A stretch of 64,000 bases of DNA from Nitrospinales bacterium (lineage in GTDB: Bacteria; Nitrospinota; Nitrospinia; Nitrospinales; VA-1): NCBI GenBank assembly GCA_965223345.1, contig CBDCWG010000012.1, positions 1,120,001-1,184,000 of the forward strand. The letters are read 5' to 3'. The notes below the pieces were generated by a model, which was not told the DNA's origin, did not search any database, and worked only from the letters and a program-made list of their open reading frames with translations. Of the stretch, positions 45,699 through 55,569 are shown piece by piece (the first letter of the stretch is position 1; each line of letters starts with the position of its first letter). Position numbers and translations under genes: made by a program.

Positions 45699-47291
45699 TC
45701 ACGTTGCCGGTCCCTTGTCCCGCATCCATTTGCGGATCACCCCGGCGGTGAACTTGGGATCGCTGGCGACGAAGTCGGACACGGCCTGTTTGATCTGCGT
45801 CGCTTCGTTCGCCGCTTCTCCGAGACGTTTTTTCTCCTCTTCGATGGCGTCCATTTCCGCGGCGGTCAGCTCTCCCTGCGGATCGGGGACCACTTCCATC
45901 GACGTGGTCATCCAGTTGATGAGCGGGCGGATGACGCGCGTGAAAAACAGCAGGATGAACAGCGCGCCGAGCACGTATTTCGCGATCTGGAACGCCAGGT
46001 CCATGGTCTCGGCCTTGGCGATGCGTTTTTCCTCGTCCGCCACCAGCGAGCGGTCGAACTCGACGTTCTCCACCTGGATCTGGTCGCCACGTTTTTCATC
46101 GTAGCCGACGGCGGACTGCACGATCTGCAGGTACTTCGCCATTTCCTCCTCGGAACGGGCCTGGTAGGCGGGCGGGTCGCCGGCGATCGTGCCGTCGATC
46201 AGCACCGCGACCGAGAGCTTTTTGATGGTGCCCACCGGCCGGGAAATCGAACGCACCACTTTGTTGATCTCGTAATTGAACGTCTGGTTTTCCTTGTCGC
46301 GCTTGGCGGGCTGGCCGGAGGCGGCGCCCTGGTTGTTGCCGGTGGGAACGAGGCTTTGTGCGCCGGGAACGCCGCCGGGAGGCAGCGCCCCGAGGGTCGA
46401 TTCGGTCACCAGTTGCTCGCTGCGCACCACCTGGGAATCGGGATCGAAAATCTCCTCGGTGCGGTCGATTTTTTCAAAGTCCAGTTCCGCGTTCACCTGG
46501 GCGATGACCTTGCCTTTGCCCAACGCGTTTTCCAGCATTTTGACAATGTCTTCCTGCAACTGGTTCTCCACCCGCAGTTTGTGCTGGTAGTTGCTGGACG
46601 CCCGCAGCGTGTTGGCGGGTCCTTCCTTGCCGCCGGAGAGGATGTTCCCCTTGAGATCGACGACCACCACATCGCGCGCGTCGATCCGCTCGACGCTTGC
46701 GGACACCAGGTGAACGATTCCCTGGGCCTGCTCTTTGGTGAGGGATTTGCCCGGTTTGACCTTGATGGTGACGGACGCCTTGCCGCGCGGTTTTTCTTTC
46801 AGGAACAGCGTGTCTTTGGGAATGACCAGATGCACCCGGGCCTGCTCGACGGCGTCGAGGGTCTTGATGGTGCGGGCCAGCTCGCCCTGCAGGGCGCGCT
46901 GGAAATTGAGCTTCTGGATGAAGTCGGTCATGCCCAGAGCGGTTTCCTCGAACATCTCAAGCCCCACTTCGCCGCCTTCGGGCAGTCCTTCGGCGGCCAG
47001 TTGCAGCCTGAGTTCGTGCATCTTGTCGGCCGGCACCCGGATGGTCTGGCCGCCGTCGGCCAGTTCGTAGGGGATTTTCTGAGCCTTCAGGCGCTCGACG
47101 ATCTGTGCGGCGTCCTGGGGCGTCAGTCGGGCGTACAGGAGCTGGTAATCGGGAGCCCTGAGCCACAGGCTCATGGCGAACAGGGAAGCGATGCCCGCGC
47201 CGATCAGCACCAGGACAGCCACCTTCTGTCCCTGGGACATTTCCTGAAAGCGTTCGGAGAGCTGTCTTATGAGTGCCGTGAGTTTTTCCAT
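45699..47291 (-). CDS. fliF: Flagellar M-ring protein FliF
   Basis: RALQGELARTI, ARVHLVIP, ASV, NYEINK and RGDQI motifs; two TMs. Confidence 0.97.
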   Translation of the reverse strand: MEKLTALIRQLSERFQEMSQGQKVAVLVLIGAGIASLFAMSLWLRAPDYQLLYARLTPQDAAQIVERLKAQKIPYELADGGQTIRVPADKMHELRLQLAAEGLPEGGEVGLEMFEETALGMTDFIQKLNFQRALQGELARTIKTLDAVEQARVHLVIPKDTLFLKEKPRGKASVTIKVKPGKSLTKEQAQGIVHLVSASVERIDARDVVVVDLKGNILSGGKEGPANTLRASSNYQHKLRVENQLQEDIVKMLENALGKGKVIAQVNAELDFEKIDRTEEIFDPDSQVVRSEQLVTESTLGALPPGGVPGAQSLVPTGNNQGAASGQPAKRDKENQTFNYEINKVVRSISRPVGTIKKLSVAVLIDGTIAGDPPAYQARSEEEMAKYLQIVQSAVGYDEKRGDQIQVENVEFDRSLVADEEKRIAKAETMDLAFQIAKYVLGALFILLFFTRVIRPLINWMTTSMEVVPDPQGELTAAEMDAIEEEKKRLGEAANEATQIKQAVSDFVASDPKFTAGVIRKWMRDKGPAT

Positions 47292-47360
47292 TGTTTCTCG
47301 ATCAGTCTGAAATCATCGCCTGCAAAGCGTCAGATTCATTGCGGTGTGTCAGAGCGGGCC

Positions 47361-47798
47361 TTATCTTCCGAGTTCGATGGCCCGCAGCGCCATGGATTTC
47401 GCGGCGTTCATGGCGGTGATGTTCGCCTCGAACGAGCGGGTGGTGGTGACCATGTCCACGATTTCACTGATGGCGTCGATGTTGGGAAGCTGCAGGTAGC
47501 CCTGGGCGTTGGCATCGGGATGATTGGGATTGAACACCGTGCGCGGTTCCGAGGTGTCGCGCACCACATTGGTCACCAGAACCTGGTTCAGGCTGTCACC
47601 GAGCTCGCCCTTGAGCACCGAGGCGAAATCGTCCTGCATGGGCAGCGCGGAGACGACGACGTCTTTACGGCGGTAGGGGCCGCCTTCGGCGGTGCGGGTG
47701 GTTTCCACGTTCGCCAGGTTGCTGGCGATGGTTTCCATCCGGTGGCGCTGCACGTTCAATCCGGATGCGCTGATTTTCATCGACGTCAAAAAGTCCAT
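47361..47798 (-). CDS. flgC: Flagellar basal-body rod protein FlgC
   Basis: ISASGL..Q..RM..IASNLANVETT, PYRRK, PNHPDA and RSFEAN motifs; start MDFL at 47798. Confidence 0.95.
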   Translation of the reverse strand: MDFLTSMKISASGLNVQRHRMETIASNLANVETTRTAEGGPYRRKDVVVSALPMQDDFASVLKGELGDSLNQVLVTNVVRDTSEPRTVFNPNHPDANAQGYLQLPNIDAISEIVDMVTTTRSFEANITAMNAAKSMALRAIELGR

Positions 47799-47877
47799 GG
47801 TTTCTCCATCTGGAAAAAGGGGTCGGGTAAATAAATCAAAACCCATTGAAAAAAACGACAAAGACCACAAAAATAAA

Positions 47878-47893
47878 AGCAAGTTCTATACCA
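47878..47893 (-). promoter_or_regulatory. sigma54 (-24/-12) promoter of the flgC-fli operon
   Basis: Minus strand TGGTATAGAACTTGCT (GG-N10-GC). Confidence 0.8.
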
Positions 47894-48028
47894 AACCCGG
47901 TCAAAATTTTGCCAGTGCCCGGCTGTGGATTGGAAGATTTAAGCGCAACGTTATCAATGGCTTCTTAGAGAGATGTTGAGTCTGCAAAAAGGGCGAGGCG
48001 AGCGGGTGGGAGCCGGTGTGAAAAAACT

Positions 48029-48042
48029 GTCATGGATTTGAC
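48029..48042. promoter_or_regulatory. Candidate enhancer (FleQ/FlrA-like GTCA-N6-TGAC)
   Basis: GTCATGGATTTGAC about 140 bp upstream of the sigma54 site. Related GTCAAAATTTTGCC at 47900 and IHF-like TATCAATGGCTTC at 47952. Confidence 0.5.
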
Positions 48043-48070
48043 GATTAGGGAAAAATTGCACCGGTCGCGA

Positions 48071-49442
<1,372 letters not shown>

Positions 49443-49453
<11 letters not shown>

Positions 49454-50717
49454 CCAGTTCGTCGTCCCAGGAGGGGAGTTTCACGGTGAAAGTGGTGCCG
49501 CGGCCTTCTTCGCTGTCCGCGTCGATGGTCCCCTGGTGGGCCTTGATGATGTTGTGGGAAATCGAGAGGCCGAGCCCGGTTCCTTTTTCCTTGGTGGTGA
49601 AGAAGGGATTGAAGATTTTCATGAGGTGGTCCGTCGGGATGCCGCCGCCGCTGTCGGAGACGGTGAGGGTGATGAACTGCCGGTGATCCTTGCCGGGACC
49701 GGGGGCGGTGCCTTTCTGCGTGGCCAGCTTCAACTCACCGCCCTTGGGCATGGCCTGGATGCCGTTGCGGATGAGGTTCACGAACACCTGCTTCAACAGT
49801 TCCTTGTCGCCGCAGACCACGAGGTTGTCCGGATCGAAACTCGACGTGATGCGGACGTTTTCGGGCACCGTCAACGCGGATGTGTCGTCGAGCAGGTTTT
49901 CGATGAGTTCCTTGGCGTTGCATTTTTGCCGCGAGGGGCGCGGGGATTTGGCGAACAGCAGCAGCGCGGAGATGATCCGGTCCATGTTTTTGACTCCGGA
50001 CTGGATGTGCTCGACGAGGTGCTTTTTTTCGGCATCGTGTTCGAGGTCTTTTTTGAGAAGCGAGGCGAACAGCTCGATGCCGCCCAAAGGGTTGCGGATC
50101 TCGTGCGCGATGCCCGCCGCCATCTCTCCCATGGCGCGAAGCCTCTGGTTTCTTTGCGCCTCAAACTCGAGGCGCCGCACTTCGCTGAGATCCTGCACGA
50201 TCAAAACGGTTCCGATCGGCGTTTCGTCCGGGTCCTTGACGAAAGAGGCGGAGGCGCGCACGTGCACCTGCCGGTCTCCCTTGCCGGGGATGTCGCGCTC
50301 CAGGCTCAGCGGTCCGCTCCCGGTTTTGCCCAGCCGCTGGATCATGTTCTCGAACAGGTCGTGGGAAAAAACGGTTTTCAACGGGCGGCCCAGGCAGGCA
50401 TCCGGCGCTTTGCCGGTGATGGCGCCTGCAGTTTTGTTGAAGGTGGTGATGTGCCCTTCCACGTCCACCACGATGACGCCGGTGGTGAGGCTTTCCAGGA
50501 TGTTGTGCAGGTAGTTTTTGACTTCCTCTTTTTCCTTGAGGTTGTTTTCCAGAGCCCGGTTTTTATCCGCCAGCTCCAGGTCCAGCTTCTTCACGCGTTC
50601 TTTGAGGTTGTTGTAGGAGTCCTGCAACTGCTGGGTGGCCTCGTTGAACGCCTGAAAGGCCTGACTCAATATTTCGACTTCTTCTTTCGATTTGTTTCCC
50701 TGGCGGGGTTCGTTCAT
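49443..50717 (-). CDS. Cytoplasmic PAS histidine kinase (FleS/FlrB-like)
   Basis: AFQAFNE...LQDSY..L coiled coil, PAS, GEMAAGIAHEIRNPLG and FFTTK.KGTGLGL motifs. Start uncertain. Confidence 0.92.
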
Positions 50718-50773
50718 GGAAAATAAAACACAAGGTGAGAGGTGGGACGAAACGACGGCCACATTATAGAGGA

Positions 50774-53317
50774 TTAAAGACTTTCTTTAAATTCTTTTTC
50801 CCAGTTCAGGACGCGCAGTTTGGATTCGGCGGCCTGTTTGATGAGCGCGTCGGTTTCTCCGGACTGGATCAGGGTGTTGAGCTTGGCGTTCAGCTTGGGC
50901 GTGTCTTTCAATTGCTGGTAGATGTCCGCCAACAGATAGTCCGCCCAATCGCGCAGCGGATGTTCGGGAAAAAGATTGCGCGCCGATTCGAGGGCGCGTG
51001 AAGCCTGAGCATACCGCTTCATTTGAAAGAGCGCAATGCCCATCCGGTAATAGGACCGGCGGATGTGGTCGGGAACGATTTTGATCGTGCGGTCGAAGGA
51101 GCCGATCGCTTTCAGATAGTGCCGCACGGCTTTGGGCAGGTCGTTCAGGCTGTAGTGGGTCTCGGCGATCAGGTACTGGGTTTCGTGCGCCCCGCCTTTT
51201 TCTTTCAGCGCCAGCTGCTGGTACACCCGCAGGGCTTTTTTGAACTGCTGCCTTCCCGCATGCGACTGCGCCAATAGCTTCATGGCTTCGGGCAGGCGCG
51301 GGCTTTGCGGGTAGTTTTTGGTGAACGATTTGGCGATCAGTTCCGCTTCTTTGAAATTTTTCTGTTCCAGGTGAATCTGCCCGAGGTTGAGAAAGATCCG
51401 GTCGCGGTACAGCTTCCTGGAATCCATCTCGCGGATGCGCTCATAGAACTTCAGCGCCTGCGGATACATGCCGATGGCCTGATACGCTTCGCCGATCTGC
51501 AGCAGGGTCTTGGTATTGTTCACCTCCCCCAGGGAAAGGCTGACGAAATCGCTGTAGGAGTACAGGATCGGCAGCACGCCGCCCTGCCGGGAATACTTGT
51601 CCACCAGGAACACCAGAGTCTGCTTGATGTATTTTTTCGCCCGCATGTGAAACGTCGTGTCCGGTCCCATCGGCAAGAGCTTTTTGAACTCCGTCAACGC
51701 CTTGAGGTAGCTCTGCTCCTTCAGATGGGCGACGCCGCGGCTCAACGTGGCTTCCGCGAGGATGTCCACGTCTTTGGCCTGACGCAACACCGCTTCATAG
51801 GTTTCAAACGGCTGGTAGTAGGGGCTGGAATCGTAGATGACCTCCTGAACCTTGAGCCGCGGATCGAGGATGCCGATGTCGGCCATGCGGATCTTTCCGT
51901 ACTGGGCGGCGGCGCTTTCCGGGTTGCGCTTGGCGGACTCGTCGAACACGGCCAGCGCGTTCAGGTACTGGCGCTCGATCAGGTAGGAATCCCCGATCAG
52001 GTTGAGGGCGCGGTGCGCCTGCGGATGAGCGGGGACCAGGTTGATCAGGCTGTAGAAATGCTCGCGCGCCGGTCCGTACCGCTTCTGGCGGTAATAGATG
52101 TCGCCCATGTTGAAATGAATCTGCGGTTTGTTGTTCAGCTCGGAAGGCCACCGGCGCTCGCCGTCTTCGTAGATTTCCAGGGCCCGCTCGGGATTGTCCA
52201 CTTCGTAATAATGGTCCGCGATCTGGAAAATGGCGTCGCGCGCCTCGATGTTCTTGGGGGATTTGACCAGCAGCCGTTTGAACGCGGTGTGCGCGTCCTC
52301 GTAGCGGCCCTCCTTGAGCATCATGGAGGCGAGGCTGGTCTTGCGGGACGGCGTGTAGGGGCTGTCCGGCTCCTCCTTCAGCACGTTCTCATAGATCGTC
52401 TTGGCTTCGAGGATGAATCCCATCTCGGAAAAAATGAAAGCGATCTTGTCTGTGGCGTGCGCCGCGAACGGCGATTTGGGAAACTGGCGGATCGCTTTTT
52501 TGTAGGCGTCCAGCGCGTCCTCATAAATGGGATTGGGTTCCCGAAACGCGATCTGAAACTTGGCCTCGGCGTTCAGGTACACGATGTGGTCCAGGTATTT
52601 GCTGTCGGGGAAACGATCCATGAATTCGCCGAACAGTTTCACGGCTTCCGGATAATTGCGGTCCTGGTAGGTTTTCAGAGCGGCCTGGTATTCGTCGAGC
52701 CCGCTGACGAGGCGGTCCTCGACGTTCTGCCGGTTGAGTGCGCGCAGTTTCGCAGGCGTCATGCCTGCGACGGTGGCTTTTCTCCCGCTCTCGGCCGGTT
52801 GCGGTTGCGGTGGAAAACGTTTTGCAGTTCGTTCGGGGCCGGGCGTTTGCAGTCCGGAGCCGGAGTTGCCGATCTCCGTTTGAATGACGGGTTTTTTCTC
52901 GGCCTTCAAATCGACGACGATGCGCGCCTTTTCCGCATCGAGAAAATGGAAAAAACGGGTGTTGGTGCTCTTGAGGTGAAAGACGATGTCGAGGGTGCCT
53001 TTCCCGGTCCGCACGTTGATTTTTTCCAGGTTGCGGTCCTTGAAGGTGCGCGAGCGCACCGCCGGATTGACGCGCACGCGGTTCAGCTTCAGGGTGATCC
53101 GTTTTCTGATAAAATTCGCTTCGACGTCGTATTTCGCGGGTTCGCTCAATTGCACGATGATGCGGGTGTATTCCGGGTGCGGGCCGATGCGGACTTTTTC
53201 CACCTGCGGCAGGCTGGCCGCACCGGAAGGCAGGGCCGCAAAAAAAGCGGCTGCCAGACACGCCAGCAAAACGGGCACGCGTTTGCGTATGGAAATGGTT
53301 TTTGTTTGTGCGATCAT
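50774..53317 (-). CDS. Periplasmic AMIN-like + multi-TPR protein
   Basis: Signal peptide, VRIGPHPEYTRII...RIVVDL (AMIN-like) and more than 10 TPRs. Confidence 0.85.
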   Translation of the reverse strand: MIAQTKTISIRKRVPVLLACLAAAFFAALPSGAASLPQVEKVRIGPHPEYTRIIVQLSEPAKYDVEANFIRKRITLKLNRVRVNPAVRSRTFKDRNLEKINVRTGKGTLDIVFHLKSTNTRFFHFLDAEKARIVVDLKAEKKPVIQTEIGNSGSGLQTPGPERTAKRFPPQPQPAESGRKATVAGMTPAKLRALNRQNVEDRLVSGLDEYQAALKTYQDRNYPEAVKLFGEFMDRFPDSKYLDHIVYLNAEAKFQIAFREPNPIYEDALDAYKKAIRQFPKSPFAAHATDKIAFIFSEMGFILEAKTIYENVLKEEPDSPYTPSRKTSLASMMLKEGRYEDAHTAFKRLLVKSPKNIEARDAIFQIADHYYEVDNPERALEIYEDGERRWPSELNNKPQIHFNMGDIYYRQKRYGPAREHFYSLINLVPAHPQAHRALNLIGDSYLIERQYLNALAVFDESAKRNPESAAAQYGKIRMADIGILDPRLKVQEVIYDSSPYYQPFETYEAVLRQAKDVDILAEATLSRGVAHLKEQSYLKALTEFKKLLPMGPDTTFHMRAKKYIKQTLVFLVDKYSRQGGVLPILYSYSDFVSLSLGEVNNTKTLLQIGEAYQAIGMYPQALKFYERIREMDSRKLYRDRIFLNLGQIHLEQKNFKEAELIAKSFTKNYPQSPRLPEAMKLLAQSHAGRQQFKKALRVYQQLALKEKGGAHETQYLIAETHYSLNDLPKAVRHYLKAIGSFDRTIKIVPDHIRRSYYRMGIALFQMKRYAQASRALESARNLFPEHPLRDWADYLLADIYQQLKDTPKLNAKLNTLIQSGETDALIKQAAESKLRVLNWEKEFKESL

Positions 53318-53351
53318 CGCGGCGCCTGGATAAAGAACACAATTTAATTAA

Positions 53352-53367
53352 AGCAAATTCCATACCG
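53352..53367 (-). promoter_or_regulatory. sigma54 promoter of the TPR-FleS-FleR unit
   Basis: Minus strand CGGTATGGAATTTGCT (GG-N10-GC); IHF-like site at 53446-53458. Confidence 0.72.
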
Positions 53368-53600
53368 GGATTGCCAATGAATTCCGGAACGCTCAACCCG
53401 ATGAAAACGGACGGGTTAACCCCTTTCTTCGCTTGTGAAAACATGTAAGGTGTTGAATAATAAGAGGGGCAAGTTTTTTGCGCTGATTTTACGGAGGAAT
53501 GACCGCCTTACAACCGATCGATGACCTGTCATTATTTTGACTGAAGCCGGGGTAAAACCTTCAACCTGGAGCGCCTGCGTGCTTCGGGGATCGGGAGCCC

Positions 53601-54704
53601 ATGGAACCCAGCCGGATCGAAAAACTGAAAAAGCAGGAAGCGCGGGTGGTCGGAGATCTGTTGAAAAAACAGAACGCCATGCTGGGCCGCGCGCTGTTCG
53701 ATCTGGACCAGCTCATCGTTCTGCAAAAGAGCATCAGCCTGATGCGGCTTGAGGAAATCAACCGGATCCTGGCGCAGAAACTCCCCACCATCCTTTCCAT
53801 CCAGTATTTTTCCCTGTTCCTTTACGACAAGAACAAACGGCTCCTGCATCTGTCGAGCCACAACCATCCCGATCTCAGCCCCGACCTCACCATCCGCCAG
53901 AGCGAATCGGAAATCATGAACCAGGCGCTGGTCTCGGGCAAATACATTCTCGAGCAGGAATTTTCCAGTTCCCGGTTTTATCAGGGAAGCAAGAACCCGT
54001 TGTACGGCTCGGATTTTTTCGTCACCATTCCCTTGATGATCGAAAACGAAAACATCGGCGTGCTCAACCTGAACGACAATGAAAAGGGTTATTTCAACGT
54101 GATGGATCTGGACTTCATCCTCAACGTCTCCGAGTTCATCTCCCTGTCCATCAGCAACGCCCAGTCGTTCGAACGGGCCGAACGGCTTTCGGTGACCGAC
54201 GGGCTGACCGGGCTGACCAACCGGCAGCACATGCAGTCGCTTCTGAAAAGTGAGGTGCTGCGGAGCCGGCGCTACAAATCGCCGCTGTCGCTGGTGATGC
54301 TGGATGTGGATCACTTCAAGCAGGTCAACGACACGTTCGGCCACCAGGAAGGCGACGACGTGCTGCTCGCCCTCGCATCGGTGCTCAAGCGGGTCTGCCG
54401 GTCGCAGGATGTGGCCGCCCGCTACGGCGGCGAGGAATTCGTGCTGGTGCTTCCGGAAACCAAGGCCACCGGCGCGTGGGTGATCGCCGAGCGCGTCCGG
54501 GAAGCGGTGGAGAAGATCGTGTTCCGGCACAGCTCCACGAACTATCGCGTCACCGTGAGCTGCGGCATCGCGGGGTTCGATCCGCACACCGTGGCCGATC
54601 ACATCGATTTGATCCGGGTTGCGGACCTGGCGCTGTACCGGGCGAAAGAAACCGGCAGGAACCGTTCCGTGCAATGGACGCCTGAAGAGTTCAAAGACGA
54701 ATGA
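53601..54704 (+). CDS. GAF-GGDEF diguanylate cyclase
   Basis: TDGLTGL.NR, DVDHFKQVNDTFGH, RSQD I-site and RYGGEEF active site. Confidence 0.95.
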   Translation: MEPSRIEKLKKQEARVVGDLLKKQNAMLGRALFDLDQLIVLQKSISLMRLEEINRILAQKLPTILSIQYFSLFLYDKNKRLLHLSSHNHPDLSPDLTIRQSESEIMNQALVSGKYILEQEFSSSRFYQGSKNPLYGSDFFVTIPLMIENENIGVLNLNDNEKGYFNVMDLDFILNVSEFISLSISNAQSFERAERLSVTDGLTGLTNRQHMQSLLKSEVLRSRRYKSPLSLVMLDVDHFKQVNDTFGHQEGDDVLLALASVLKRVCRSQDVAARYGGEEFVLVLPETKATGAWVIAERVREAVEKIVFRHSSTNYRVTVSCGIAGFDPHTVADHIDLIRVADLALYRAKETGRNRSVQWTPEEFKDE

Positions 54705-55552
54705 CCACACCGACTCTCGAATCCTTCCAGTCCCTCAACGGGCTGCCGTCGCTGCCGGGGCAGATCGTCGGCTTTCTCGATGAGATCGACGGCGCCTCGG
54801 CCACGGACTACAACATCCTGCAAAAGATCCAGTACGACCCGGCGATCGTGCTCAAGATCATCAAACTGGCGAACGCGCCGTTGTATGGATTCCGCTCGAA
54901 GATCCACTCGCTGCAGCAGGCGGCGGCGCTTCTGGGGCCGGGCGCCATCAGGAACCTGGTGTTGACGACGCCCATCCTGGAACGCTACCAGGACATGGCG
55001 CAGGTCGCGCTCAACGTCGATTACCCCAATCTGTGGCTGCACATGGCGGTCACCGCGGCGATCGCCAGCCGTCTGGCCAGCTCGATCGAGGGAATGGAAC
55101 CGGATGTCTGCTTCACGGCGGGGCTGCTGCACGGAACCGGTAAGATCGCGCTGGCCACCCGTTATCCGCAATCTCTGGCGGAAGTGCTGCGCACCGCCGC
55201 CAACCAGAACGTGAGTTTGCGAGAAGCGGAACGGGAGATCCTGGGATTCACCGACACGGACATTTCCGCGGTCATCGCGAAGGGATGGCGGTTCCCGCAC
55301 AGTCTGACGCGGGCGCTGCAAAACTGCTGCAACACGCGCGAGGAAGGGATCGCGGAAAAACTGCCGGCGGTGCTGTTTCTGGCCCGCAGCCTCGCGGCGC
55401 AATGGGGCTATCCCGATTCTTTGACGGTGGAAGACAACGAAGAACGGGACGATCTGCTCGCCGTTCTCAACGTGTCGGATGCGGAGTTGAAAGAACGGTC
55501 GCCCAAATTGCGCGAGTTTGCGGAACTGGCTGCGCGGTCGCAGGGATTGTGA
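54701..55552 (+). CDS. HDOD domain protein
   Basis: LPSLP, DPAIVLKIIKLAN, LW.H, FTAGLLH.GK and W.FP motifs; ATGA overlap with the DGC. Confidence 0.9.
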   Translation: MTTPTLESFQSLNGLPSLPGQIVGFLDEIDGASATDYNILQKIQYDPAIVLKIIKLANAPLYGFRSKIHSLQQAAALLGPGAIRNLVLTTPILERYQDMAQVALNVDYPNLWLHMAVTAAIASRLASSIEGMEPDVCFTAGLLHGTGKIALATRYPQSLAEVLRTAANQNVSLREAEREILGFTDTDISAVIAKGWRFPHSLTRALQNCCNTREEGIAEKLPAVLFLARSLAAQWGYPDSLTVEDNEERDDLLAVLNVSDAELKERSPKLREFAELAARSQGL

Positions 55553-55569
55553 TCGCGGTCGATTTCACT

